Below are positions 35,035-48,400 of a DNA stretch of 64,000 nucleotides, piece by piece; position 1 is the stretch's first letter; the number at the start of each line of letters is the position of its first letter. Source of the stretch: Dipteris shenzhenensis (lineage: Eukaryota); the NCBI GenBank assembly GCA_047967505.1, contig CM106538.1, one strand, 5' to 3'. The position numbers were made by a program, and so were the translations under genes. Under the pieces are notes generated by a model. That model searched no databases, had not been told where the DNA came from, and saw only the letters and a list, made by a program, of their open reading frames with translations.

Positions 35035-36327
35035 TCTAGATATGATACATTTCCTCCTCCATTTCTGTTGTGTAACTATAAAGTCGTAATTCAAATATTA
35101 ACCAACTTTCCCAGGCATGAAAAACGAGCAAAATCAAGGATCCTTGTATATCGTTATAGAAGTGAGGTATTTATGTTTACCAAAATAATTAGGATCATTC
35201 TGCCAAATGTGATAGAGATATAGTTAGTCCTTTTCTTATTGCAACTATGCTGAATTCAGCTGGATATTGGTCTAGAGAAGAAGGGGATGGTGAAGGAATA
35301 AAGAGTAGCAACAGTTCGTTTTTCTAGTCCCCCTTTGGCTGATGTTTCACCTTGCACCTTCCATAGTCACCACAAAAAGCATTTCAAGCATTTAGGCCCT
35401 CAGAACGTTTTAGGGCAGAAACATTTCACAAAAATGGTGAAACTGGGTTTGCCTTTGATGAAAAGTCGCACAAACATGCAATGTGCACTATGATAAAACA
35501 TTTCTACTAGAATAATGCACATTGCACAATAGCGCAAATTGCACAAGCTTCTCATGCCTATTTAAACACTAAGTTAAAATTTATTATGTGCATTTATAAA
35601 AATTGCAATTTATAGAATCACTTTTAAACATTTCATTCAAAGGAATGAAACATTTGTGAAACAAAATGTGTTTCTAGGTTGCTACTTAAAACATTCTTAG
35701 TAACTCTGGTACCTTTTTGTGAAAAAACTATATATGTTTTCTTTGCTACAATCCTCTACTGTCGTTGGATAAATTTCAGGTTGTCTGCTTGTGCACTCAC
35801 TTGGTGTGAGATTGGAAAGAGTTTCATGCTTATACTAGGTGGGCTAGACAAATTCACATTCTCAACCAAAGGCACATTGTTTGCAAAGTTTTCTTTAACC
35901 AAAGGCATCCATTTGTAGATAAAAGATCTCCTTTAAACTCTATTCAATTACATTGTCAAATTTCCAGGCTTAGAACAAAGATCCGTTAGCAATATCCACA
36001 TCAACAATTAAAATATGCAATTGGGCATGATTAGTAATAATTAAAAGACATCACATTCACAAGCCCAAGATAGATACATGGCTGAAAAAACCAAACTAAA
36101 TGCTAAAATTTGAATCCAACCACAAAGCTACAAACAATGAGAATGCATGGCCCAAACCCTCTTTTAATAAGTGGAATGATAACTCCACAAATAGCGCATA
36201 TGATGCGCTCATAACTTTCTAAAGGAACCCATGATTTATAAAATCACTCCTTTTTTCTCATGCATGCTATTACAATAAAGATCAAATTATTAGATCGTGC
36301 TTTAAAAGAAAGACAAGGACCACAAAC

Positions 36328-36532
36328 CTCGAGCTGCATACAGCATGGCAAGTTCTTCGAAACGAATATCATAACAAATGCCCACACCAATCCTGCCTAC
36401 ATCTGCACCCACCCCACAACACTAGGCCTTAGAATGTACCACCATGTTATACCTTCATAGGACTAAAATATATCCCATCTTACAAAATAACTTTTTCGAA
36501 CAACGAAACAAAATGATAAACGAGAGACATTA

Positions 36533-36584
<52 letters not shown>

Positions 36585-39500
36585 GACGAGGTACAAAACA
36601 AAGCTCTGCTTACATTATCATTAGTAACCAAAGCATACGCTGCCATCAAGGTTTCAAATGATTCAAAAATATATTGGGTAATCTAATGCTTTAAAAAGCT
36701 ATAAAATCCAATCCAACAACAATGACAAAAACAACAAGGATAAGAAAAAGAAGAATAGACAAAGAAATGTGTGCCCTCTCGAAGGCATCCCTCAGCCTCT
36801 CCAGTCTCAATGCATGATCAGTGAGATGAAACGCGAACTACCGATCAATATCCTCAAGGCGTGGGGGAGATGAATCAATGTGTGGCCATGCACGTTGATG
36901 AAACCCCTCTGTGATACCTATGGACAATGCTCTCTGTAAAAGCTAAGCTTCACAAGAAGCTTGCTAGGAGCTAACCAAGTCTTGTTGTAGCTGCACGTGA
37001 TACTCACGATGACCTAGTTTACCTCATGATAAGTAAGCGAAATAGAGAGGGGCCTCAAGACACTACTAAAAAGGAAGCAATCTATCCATGTGAAGTCCAA
37101 GACTCACAAAAGACTCACAAACCATCTGCATGTCCGATCATAACATCATCTCTTATAACCCTTAGCTACTAATGTCATGGATACAAATAAGACTAACCAT
37201 GGTAACCTACGTCGGCCTAAGTACGTGGAACCAAAATCCCTGACTCGATGGAGGTATGTGATACCTTGGAATGCTGCATCAAGCTAAAGTGGGGCAACTC
37301 CGAACTCAGCCCAAATGATATAGTGTGGGACTGACGGCCTATAGCGGATCATCCATAGAGGTAGTAGAACCTAGAGTCTCTCTAGTCAAGCCCAATCCAC
37401 CTCTGATAGGTCAGGGTCCCAACATGGGATGCCACAGTTGGACGGATCAAAGAATCAAAGAGAAGAGACTTGGTCCTGAGATCCTCGCAATGAGAACGAA
37501 GGCACTAGCACTCGAGCCTCGTGTGTGCGGCACACCCCTTGCTCAATCAAGCCTACAGATCGGGCTGGAGAAGAGCATTCCCAAATATGTATAAGATGCA
37601 ATGATCTCTATCGGCAACCTGTCGAAAGTGAACCACTCTCTTGATGCGTGAGTCATGACTACCCTGGATGTGTTCAAGATGATAACTTTGGTCTTACCAA
37701 GATTGACCTTCAAAACATGCGTCTCACAAGAGGTTTGAAGTAAACCTAGATGTCGTTGGAGACCCGCAGCTAAAGAGGAGAGTAAGACCACATCATCTAC
37801 GTAGAGGAGAATCTGAACCAAGGAGCCAACCAAAGATGAGCCTGCACCTCCTCGTATCTCGGGGAAAGTCTCAAGCTCATTAACACAAAGGCTAAATAGA
37901 GTTAGTGACAACAAACAACCCTCCTTTGACCCCGGTCTTGCTCTTGACCTTCCGTGTTTGATGAGGCGAGCCGGTAGCACTGTATCAAAGCCTTGCCAAA
38001 AAGTCCACAAAGCAGCAATGAACCCTCTATGTCCATGCCCTAGCCTCCTCAATGACACCTTGGAGTGTGTGAGGATGTGATTTAGAGTCGCATGACTAAT
38101 GTGAAAGCCTCCTTGTCCAGTGTCTCTCAATCCCTCGCATTCTACAAATAGGCTAACCTGTGTCAAGTACTAAGGCATAAATCTGGGAATGACATACCTA
38201 ATCATGATGGCCTTGTAGATTTCCGGGCTATGGCCATGTGGATAGGAATGATGGTATTAAGGATTCAAGTGTGGAAAAAACCAGTGTAGACTGCTTCAGT
38301 ATAAAACTTTGCCATGATCGGGGATAGGATATTAGTCCACATGCAATGTAATCAGTACATAGCCTCTTAGCTTGGCCACTATGTAGCTTCAGGCCTACAT
38401 ATCTGATGTCATTGATGGTGAGCAGTGCACAAGGAGTGGGGCAAGGTAGCTTTGAGAGATGTTGTATAACGTGTGTGCATAAATGATACGAGTGCCAGAG
38501 CGTGGTGTCAATGAAAGGAGAAGTCCATCACTCAAGAATTTCCGCCAAAGTCTTTGGAGCACATACTGCCCAGGAGAGAGACCTTGTCTTTGAAGTGGCA
38601 ATGCTCTTTTTTCCAAGAACCCTCTTGGAAAGCGTTGGTCTTTACGTTAAGTTGTCAGGTCATGTAGTGTGATACTCTGTTCCATATAATTTAGTCTAGA
38701 ATAGTGCAGTCTACTGCAGCTTTGGGAATAACCTGTTTCAGCATGTCATGTTCATGCGCGGATATAAAATTGCAGTAACTGACATGATCAAATCCAGCAT
38801 ACCAATGTGTGGATGTGTCAGATACTACTAATGCTTTGCTGGAATTTAGGATGGAGTTCGCAAGAGCAAAAATTGAAAAACAATACTATTTGGAGAAGTT
38901 GATGTGTTCCCCAAGCTATAAGCAAACCTACATAAAAGTAAGCAACTTATATGTTGAGAGTGCGTTGACGTGTGGGAGAGAGGGGAATGGCTTAGCCCTT
39001 TGCCTCTAATACCATGTTCAAAGAGTGTTTTGAGGTGTAAGAGAGAGGAGAGGAGTGGAGGGAGGCAGTCTCCATACACCAGGATTCTATCTAATATGCA
39101 CACCTCTTTGTGGAACAAGATGAAGGTTACAATGATGAATATAGAACCCTAACTTTGAGAGCCCCAATGGTCTCTTCACACACACTTTTTACATTTTGGA
39201 CATGTCCATTTCGCCACTCTTTGTGTACATGTATACCTCTACGCACATTGTGCAATTTACATTCTCAAGAATTCTCAAACAGCAGAGGATTGCAAGAAAC
39301 CCTTGATCAAGGGTCTTAAAAGGAAAAACATCCTTATGATCTGCGATATTCACTATCATCAGATCCTCTTGATCATGTTGACCTCATGTCACACTCTATC
39401 ATAGTGAGACAACCCATGGTATGATGCACAAAAATGAAAGTTTGTCCTCTTATACCAAAACTTTCGAGGGGTAAGATCACGGTTACAGGCAGGCCATCAC

Positions 39501-40712
39501 TTACTATCCAGCACTACTACACCAGGATTTTGCAAGATACCTGTATCAACAATAGTCAGACTCTCCCCAGCAGTCAATGTGTCAGACTCCTTGAACGTCA
39601 TTTTCCCAGGAATGTCAATGTCGAAAAGATGTATCTAATCAATCCAAGAAGAAACATTGTGATGCACAACATCATTGAGCACGACCATGACAATGATAGA
39701 AATCTGCCCCGTGATGAAAAACAACCACTTTTCAATGTCCCGACTTTGCCTGTGGATTCTGAGTTCACTGTAGCCGTTGATCGAGGTAAAATTACATCAT
39801 CAGGCAGACCATAAAAGTGGGTAGAAATCAAGCTACCACTCTCCCGATTTTGCCTTAAAATCCAAAATTGAATATACCACTGTTCACACGTGCGTGGCAT
39901 TTGATCGTCTCAACTTCAAACAAGTGAAATTTTAAATACCAACCAACCTTTCGGTGTTTGGCTTTCAATTCACCATCCGTTCCAAAGATGCAACAGGTAT
40001 TGAAAAGGCAATCAGCGCTGCGCTCAGGTATAGATCCACCAATAATAGTCACTCCTCTTGCTTTGGCAACTTTAGAAAGCATCGCAGCTGACGGGGACCC
40101 TTCACCTCCGGCGTTGATTTCTTCTGCATAGACTGGGAAACTAGAGTTGGAATATGGACAATTCCACATTTCCTGCCCAGCTCAAGTCTTCGAGTGTTAC
40201 CTTCTCGGAAAGGACAAGTTACCAAATTGATCTGCTTTTCTATTTAAGCCAACATTGTGGCCTGAGGAAATGAGAATCGAAATCAACCGGTGGCGACACA
40301 TACAGGGAGAACGATCAGCTTCGCGCCATTATCGGCTGCAGACTCGATCTTCTCCCGCGCATGCGCGATATTTGTGTCCTTGTCTGAAGTCACCGCCAGT
40401 TGGCATAAAGCGACCTTGAACTGTAAACAGGAGAAGGACCCAAATGACGGCTCTCAGCTACGGCCATGGTATTAGCACAAAGGGTTGCGAAGATGGACAA
40501 AAGCGAGTAAAAAGGATGATTACAGCTCCAGCAACTACCTTGCCCGAGTGGGAAGTCGGAGGAGGAGAAACAGCGGGAGGGAGGCGAGCTGATCCCGCAC
40601 TCATAGTAGCAAAGCAAGCTCGAAGAGGCAGGGAAAGAGAGATTGCGATGGAAGGAGGCGGACGTGAGAGTGAGAGCAGACGGAACGAGTGGAAAATCAC
40701 AGAACCTTTCAT
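36328..40712 (-). CDS. NLP3: Omega-amidase (nitrilase superfamily, NIT2/NLP3-like), exons 1-5; 3' exons not found in the window
   Basis: GT-AG exons 40712-40539, 40420-40304, 40172-39948, 39634-39541 and 36402-36328 splice in frame to ...[14 protein letters not shown]...LIVLP|EMWNCPY...[24 protein letters not shown]...[28 protein letters not shown]. The Glu-Lys-Cys triad is intact. Confidence 0.93.
36539..36580. repeat. (AG)n microsatellite
   Basis: Direct reading. Confidence 0.95.
36700..38650 (-). mobile_element. Degenerate LINE RT remnant inside intron 4 of the omega-amidase gene (boundaries approximate)
   Basis: ORF 37543-38166 carries [34 protein letters not shown] and YTYLG non-LTR RT motifs. 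Confidence 0.75.
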
Positions 40713-41046
40713 GAAGCTCTTCCTATAATATAACCCTTCACTACCATCGCCTGCATCAATCACCGTCCCAACTCAAGGAATCCTTACTTCAAAGCCAACG
40801 GAATCCTGCCCATGCCAGAAAGTGCTCATGTGGCGATGAAACCGGCTCGCGGCCAGGGCTCCGGTTTCGATCAATACCGGTGAAACTAGAGCCGCCGGTT
40901 TCATCGGTTTCGATCGGTAAACATTGACCGATGCCGATTCTCGACCGTCAATGGATTCTCTGCTCGAGAATCCAACTCACTCAAGAAAGGCTAGACATTA
41001 AGCCCCTAGTCCGACCTTTCTTGAGTGGTCCAATCAGAGAAAAGGC

Positions 41047-44000
41047 ATTGAATTTCAAGCAGGTAGACTCAATAGATTCTATATATCAGAAGAAGGATGG
41101 TACTTGAGAGGTCCCATGAACCTCCGAAGAACGTGTGATTTCTACAAGCCTCTCAAAATATATTTCTATAGTGTGGCAATTTTGTACTCTAAGCATTGCA
41201 CGGGTAGGTTGAGTGACCTTCCTTTAAAGTTTAGCAAGAGGTTTTTAGGCTCTAAAGAATTCTGCAAGACTATATAGGATGCTTGGCAAGAGTCGGATGG
41301 AGACCAAGTTGACCCATGCGGATGTGGGGATTCGGAGGGTCATGAGGCTAGCCAAGGACAGGGGCCACGTTATTGAATTTCAAGCAGGTAGACTCAATAA
41401 ATTCTATATATCACTTGAGAGGTCCCATGAACCTCCGAAGAACGTGTGACCTCTGCAAGCCTCCCATAATATATTTTTATAGTGTGGCAATTTTGTGCTC
41501 CAAGCATTGCAGGTAAGTCAAGTGACCTTCCTTTAAAGTTTAGCAAGAGGTTTTTTAGCTCTAAAGAATTCTGCAAGGCTATATAGGATGCTTTGGCAGG
41601 AGTTAGATGGAGGCCCAGTTGACCCATGCTGATGTGGGGATTCGGAGGGTCATGAGGCTAGCCAAGGAAAGGGGCCACAGCATTGTTGACAATGGCAAGG
41701 TGATCCCTCTGAGTGTCGAATATACCCCAAGGGATCCCATCCTTAGATCACCCTGAGAGATTGGGAATCGAAGGAGGAGAACAAGCCTATGTTGAGAGCC
41801 ATCATATGTGGCTTGAGGTGGGGGCATGTCCAAAGCCTTATTCCATCCCATTAAGAAGAAGCATTTAAGAGAAGCCATCGACAAGGTGCCAGATGAATAG
41901 GGAAATGTCCTCGTAGACTTTTGGCACTTGGCAGAGGTCTTCCACAAGGAGCTAAGCGCAATTGTGTGTGAACTAGCATTACAATACGTAGAGTGGCATG
42001 TGCATGTGCATGGGGTTTTGCAAGGGGTAGGGTTTCTGAGTACCCAAATGTCCAATTGGCAAAGCCGTGGACAAGCTAGAAAATGCTTTGAATGCCTTAG
42101 CCGATGATAGAGTGCCTAGAGATGGAAAATAGAGTGGTCACCAAGGGTACACTCTCAGAAGACGTAACTGCTAGGATGATGAAACTTTGCAAGGGGTAGG
42201 GTTTCTGAGTACCCAACACTGCAATTGGCAAAGCTGTGGACAAGCTGGAAAATGCTTTGAATGGTATACTCTCAGAAGACGTAACTGCTAGGATGATGAA
42301 ACTTCTTATTAAACACCAGAGTCAGTGAATGACTGGCAACCAATAATTATGCTTCATATATAATAATTACGAAGCACTTGCAATTCCGATCAGATAAGTC
42401 TGCAAAATTGTTGTAGACCGGTGGGAACAAAGTGGTTTCGTGAAAGGCAGGGACATATTCGCAAGAACATACTCAACGTGTCAGTTGCCATCAACTATGC
42501 CCTTGATAAAGGTCATGAAGTTTTATTGTTCGAAGAGGACGGTGTGAGGTGGGAGTTTCTTCTCACGGTCCTTAATAGTTCCTTAATAGGCTGGGGTTCA
42601 AGGATGAATTCCAACGAAAGTGGCCGATCTATTCAAAAATGGGACAGCGATCCTACGTGACAATGGAGGTATTGTAGGCAGATTTGAATCAAGAATATCT
42701 CAACGACAAGGGTGTTGCTGGCACCCTTACTGTTCCGCTTAAAGGAGCTCCCCACGTCTCACTAGACGCTAGGGATGCTGCTGGGCTAGCGGTAGGCTCT
42801 AGGAGCCAATTCATGTCCCCCCCTATCTGCTGCTGAGTGTCCCATCCTGGTTGCACCAACCGGTTCAAACTACCTTTGATGCCTCTGCATACGCGCTAGT
42901 GGCGAGAGGGGCAAGAAGGTGGTAGCAATCTCTCAAGCCATCAACCGGCTGCACCAGTCCACAGCATTCCAATGCTAGGCTGGAATCGGCATTTGTCAAC
43001 CTGCTGGGTTGGCAGTCCACTACCAGGGGAAGCGGGAAGCTCAACATTAAGGCATCATGGGGATGTAGAACTCCCATGCCAGTGGGGCTGCTCCAGGCCT
43101 ACTAGCCTACATGGGGAGCTCCTCTTATGAGCATGATCAAAAGCGAGTCAAATGCTGGGAACATCCGCGAGATCTCCCTACTGTCAAGATAGCATCGCCA
43201 TTGTAACAATTTGCATACGACACCACGGCGTTCTCTTAGGAGGACCATAGTACTGTATACTGGTGGTTAATGGAGATTTCGAGGAAATTTTGCATGGCCT
43301 ATGGTTCCAAGTGCAGCTGGCAGAAAACCTTTATGCACAGGACTGAGAGTGACCGCCCACTAGGTGCAGGAGTGATGTTGTGTAAAAGGTTCAAATGGTT
43401 CATGCAAAAATTCAAAGCCAAGTTGAAGGCTTGGAGTGGGATTTGCCTAGGGTGGAATGGGCTGTTCATAGCCACATATATGGCCTCGATTTGGAACTTC
43501 AACAGAACTCAATAGCAAGATATAAAATGCCTTTTTGGTGGCTTGCTATGAACCGATGAGGGGAACAAAAGAAATATATAAAACGCCTTTTTCATGCCTT
43601 CCTATGAACCGAGGAGGGGAACAAAAGAAAGATGCACTTTGTTTCTTGTGAACTCCTCAAGGCCCCAAAATTGCAAGGGGAGTTGCGCCTCCCATACATC
43701 AGAGTGAGGAACTTCTCCTTACTCAGCAAATTGTTGCCACATCTATTTAAAGGGCAGTTGGCCCTAGGGCAAGATCTCTATAGCCTTCATAGAAAATGAA
43801 AAAAGGAGGCCAATTGGATCTTGACCAGGCCTCCCCTAGTATGATAGATTGTGTTCTGACTTTTCCATTTGGATTGTAGGGTCGGACCTAGTTGCAAGAC
43901 TTGTTCAAGCTAAAAAGGCCAATTTCTCCTTAATGAAGTGGAAGAGTAGAAAGGGTTTGAGGGGAGATGCAAGCCTATTGGAGAGTATTTGGCGAAGCAA

Positions 44001-44960
44001 GGCCATTGACCAAAATAGTGAATCCATGACATCATCAATGCTTGGAGCCTGTATAAGAAAGGTCTAAGAAAGTGGACAGACTTGTGGAACAACCACAGTG
44101 CAAACGGGTATTCCTTAAAAGACCTACAGTAGCAACTCATCCTCACAGACGAAGAGTCACAGACCTACTTCGTGCCACATTGGAATGTATCCCCAATACA
44201 TGGCCAACCAATTACATTGTCTTCCCAGTGTACGATAGTAAACTTAAATGGGAAATGGGCCCTTAGGAGAAGTCTAGGATGGTGGAAGGCTCAACTGCAA
44301 AACTTTGGAAGGGCTATGTTGTAGGGAAGGCAATTTTTTTAATTTGGGAAACCATGAATCAACAACTATAGGAAAGGGGTAAATTGGTCAAACGCATTCA
44401 GTTTAATCTGGTTTATCCGTTATGTGGAAAATCAATTGAATTTGTCACACATGTGTTTTGGAATAGCATGGTGGCCAAGGACGTCTAGCATAAGTTGGAG
44501 TCAACAGTTCGGTTGTCCAGCCTAATGTCCCATTTTTTCTTAGGCTCATAATGGAGGACCCTGCTCTTGGGTGACATATTTAGATTCCCGTCCATTCTAG
44601 CTACTAGATGGCCATAACTATGTGCATTAGTAATATTGGTGGTTTGGGACTTTAGGAATAGGATGATCTTTCAGCATCTAGTGTAGTTGTGCTATCAAGA
44701 ATTGGGTATCATAGCTTTGGTTAAAAGAAACCTCCAGGATTTGAGCTAGATCATAAGGGCAAAGAACCCAGTAGTTAGTCAAACTGTGCTCAAAGTCAAA
44801 GCTAACCTATCCCCTAGATAGAGGTCCCCTCTGCTACGTGTAGCGCAGGCCAAGGTTGGCTTGCCCCAATTTGGTTAGTTTTTGTAAGGGTCTTGTTTTT
44901 GTGGGGGAAGACCACCTCATTAATAAAATTTGGCATTTATCATTTTATTTTTTAAAAAGA
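41047..44960 (+). mobile_element. Highly decayed LINE with internal tandem duplications (boundaries approximate)
   Basis: Remnant DWQPIIML (~42330), WEFL (42550) and RQG..LAPLLF (~42705); AATAAA plus A-rich end at 44921-44962. Duplicated units 41047-41370/41371-41680 and ~42017-42305. Confidence 0.55.
42742..43124. mobile_element. PIF/Harbinger (Tourist-like) MITE (383 bp)
   Basis: TIRs (A)AGGAGCTCCCCACGT / ACATGGGGAGCTCCT(C); TTA on both flanks (42739-42741, 43125-43127). Confidence 0.8.
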
Positions 44961-45679
44961 AAGGCCAGACATATGTGGCATATGCATTACTATGTTAGAA
45001 AATCAAGCGAAAAGCATGGCATCCTTGTGCCAAGCATATGCATACTAAATGCATTAATATTATACAAATTAAGATACTCTATTGCTATAAATAAAGATTG
45101 TATTAACACTATACTACCTCTTCATGTAATCAAGATATGGTGCTAACCAAGGCAAATGACAAACTTAATACTTAGGCCTTCCCTCATTGGACATCAATTC
45201 ATAGTAATGTAGTTCAATTTTTGATGTCTTGAATTCATGATTAAATGGTGTGCCTAGGAGCATTAAGTGGGAAACTGTGTGAAGGATTTGCATATGGCAA
45301 GGACAAAAGGAACCAATTCCTATCAAAGGACAAACTAATGGACGATCCATTGTGTCGAAAAATAACAATCAACCTACCACTCCTGGATCAGGCAGCAAAA
45401 TCTTTTTTAAAGGTATAGCACACAATGAAAACTCTCTGGAACTATGTTGACTAATAACAATGCGCACACAATTACCAAGTCTTTACAATCACAAGTCTTC
45501 ATACCAAAAATTCCTTGCTCATCTAGGAGCTTCAAGACTTCAACAAATACTAGAATATACAATAGTTTTAACTAGCTATACTCAATGACTACACAATGGG
45601 GATATGGGCAAAGATCATGCGTGCCTCCATTGAGGGATTCAATTAGATTATGTGCCCACAATGTGAGTTTTCTCTTTTA

Positions 45680-46190
45680 GAGGGGACTACATCACCTTGA
45701 TGTAGTGTCCATTCCTTTTATTCTCATTGTGTGACTACTTCACATTGTTGCAGCATCTTATGATCTTATTCCTAATGTGTGACTACTTCATGCCATTGTA
45801 GAGTGCTACCATCCCATTTCTATTCATGACTACTTCACATCCTCGTGGTTCCTAGACATCTCGTCTTTGGACTTGACTTGCAACTACTACATGTCACTAA
45901 GTTTTGTCTCTAGACTCGAGTAGCATTTCTTTCACATCGCTCAAGCTTGTATTAGCCTTCACCTCCTTCACAATGCCCATTGCACAACTATGTCACATTG
46001 CTTCAGCTCGTGGACATTTGCTCGGCTATGCTATGTGACTATGTTACATCGTTCCTTGTTCACATTGCTCAAGCGTGTATTAGCCTTCACCTCCTTCACA
46101 ATGCCATTGTGCAATTATGCCACGTTGCTTTAGCTCCTAGACATTTGGCTCGGCTATGTTATGTGATTATGTTACATCGTCTAAGTGTGT
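45680..46190. repeat. Degenerate tandem repeat array
   Basis: Recurrent GACTACTTCAC-type units about 50 bp apart, plus a ~127-bp duplicated unit (45934/46061). Confidence 0.6.
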
Positions 46191-46451
46191 AGCATCTCCA
46201 TGCCACAAATTGTCACACATCCATTACTAATATCAAGCCAGCTCCCCTCTCCATCATCCTAAGATTTAGTAGTGGCTCTAGTCTATGGTTGGAATCTAAT
46301 TTTTCTCTGGAAATCGGGGTGATTAGTATTTAACTTATAATTGGATAGTCTGTTAATTACAGTAGGTGGCAATGTCATTTGATGGTGGTGGATATTGGCA
46401 AGTCCATAGAGCTCGGATTATGCCTTGGTGCCATATGGGCCCAAGTAGTTA

Positions 46452-46492
<41 letters not shown>

Positions 46493-46699
46493 TGTGTGTG
46501 TGTGCTACAAGGAATAGGGTTGGCCCTCCCTTCAAAAGGTGACATGTATAAAAGGCCAAGAGATTGACTTTGGTCTTCATTGTTGGATGAACAAGTTTGG
46601 AATACAAGCTCACTCTTCTCTTCCAAGAGTGTTTTTGGGTGTGCTGTTGTTTCCTTTGTAGTGCCAACACATTAGAGTGGCGAATTTAAGCCAAAACCT

Positions 46700-48400
46700 T
46701 TCAATAATGAAATCCATATATATTGTATCAGTTTTGGTCTTCGTCCTTTAATCGATCGAAGCCTCACTGGAATTTCCATCATGAGTATGATTCTCATCCT
46801 CTCAATCATCCGTGGCTAGGTCTTGCATGTCTTCACCATGTAGATTGAGCTCCCTGAAGTCAGTGTTTGAGAAACCCTCTGAGGAACTCAAGCTATCTTC
46901 ATGGGGTTATCGAAAGTGCTAGCTTCCAACCCATCTATTTCTTGATCTTCCATTTCATTCTCTATTTCCACGTCATGAAAGACATGTCTGTTTCTAGGTG
47001 CCATGATATGTTCATCCACCTAAGACAAAAATCCATGATATGTTCATCCAAGCTTTAATAAAGTGGAAGGAGAAATAATATCGATAAAAGAAAAATGCTT
47101 ACTTGCAAAAAGTTGGCCATGACTCCTTGATCAAATGTGTTGCAATTTACATCAATTTTCTCTACTCTATATTGATTACCATACGCCCATATTGCATTGA
47201 ACGAATGGTACTATAAAGGTAATGGATTCTCCTTGTTAATATATACAAAAAGTTTATAAATGAATGTAAATAAACCCAACATGATGATATACCTTTAGAT
47301 CACAACCTCGTGCAAATTCCTCCTTCGTATCTATCACAATCTCCCCTTTTCCAGTGGCATCTTCAAGAGTGTCTTCTAACCAATCAGTAGTGCATTTAGC
47401 AGGCATTTTTGCTAACGCTGGGGGATACTTCTTACCTCTATTGGCCCTTCGCCATGCTTTTCTATCCTCCTCTCTTTTTGCTCTTTCTTCTTCATATCGT
47501 TTGATCCATTTCTCCACGTAAAGACAAAAGGTGTTGACTTTGAGTCGCAAGGAGACACTCATTTTCTTTTGCTTTCCCTTCCCTTGTCCAATCTCTCCTA
47601 CAACGTGTGGGTCATCACTATCATTCCAAAGTTAAGGCATGTCTAACATGAGTTGTGCAAGAAACTCTGTCATGTAAAACATTGACTCTTGCACGAACCA
47701 TCCTTTTGCCATGCTTCCCTCTAGTCTAGCTTTTTGTCTTACATACCCTTTCAACACCTTCATAAATCGTTCCAAGAAAAACATCCATCGGCTATGTAAA
47801 GTGCCTGTATATGCCACTTCATCAACCAAGTTCACAAGTAGATGCAATTGGATGTCCATGACACTTGTTGGAAATGCCTTTTCAATCAAACATACAGCTT
47901 TAATGGAAACAATTCTTGATTTCTTTTAATGATATCATCCTGCATGATAACCATTGGTAAGCAATGTAACTAACTTTTACAATGAGAAGAGAAATTAGAC
48001 ATGCATTAGCAAACCCATTGACATACCTCACAAATACACTGAGCTTGTTGATGGCATTTGGTGCATCTTTAGTACTGCATCCCCGTAAAGCAATTGGAAG
48101 TACATACTATAGTAACAATCATGTGTTAGCAAAATTGAAACAAGAGTTCAAAAATGTTTCCAAATCTGCAAGTGGTAAAATGAGAGAGTTATTTTCCTCT
48201 AGCCCCTTAAATCTGCCTCTGCCATTGAAAAATTGGGTTGCTAGGCCAATTCTCCTTCAATTGAGCAAAGCTTGCAATCACAAAGGTGGCCTCCCTTGGG
48301 GATAATTGAAATTGTGCAGCGATCTCTGGTAGGCTGAGCCAACTACGCTCATCCCAAATACTGAGCCAAGAAGACATCCCTCTTTCAGAATATGACAAGG
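46700..48400 (-). mobile_element. CACTA (En/Spm) Tnp2-type transposase remnant
   Basis: 47632-47889 reads FPTSVMDIQLHLLVNLV...WMFFLERFMKVLKGYVRQKARLEGSMAKG (DUF4218-like); YVLPIALRG at ~48080-48105. No TIRs found. Confidence 0.78.

Noticed and set aside
35245-35270. Minus-strand YPAEFSI as the missing omega-amidase exon 6 (YPGAFNM)
   Set aside because: Flanking residues do not match GAHLxC or TTGPLHWELL, and there are no suitable splice sites.
37061-46274. CACTACTAAA at 37061 and its inverse ending at 46274, as a CACTA element enclosing omega-amidase exons 1-4
   Set aside because: Only a 10-bp match, the 3-bp flanks differ (AGA vs GCT), there are no subterminal repeats, and the gene splices normally across the left site.
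46351-46669. Possible small solo LTR (TG...CA, TATA box, AG/TG microsatellite)
   Set aside because: No target-site duplication found and no second copy in the window.
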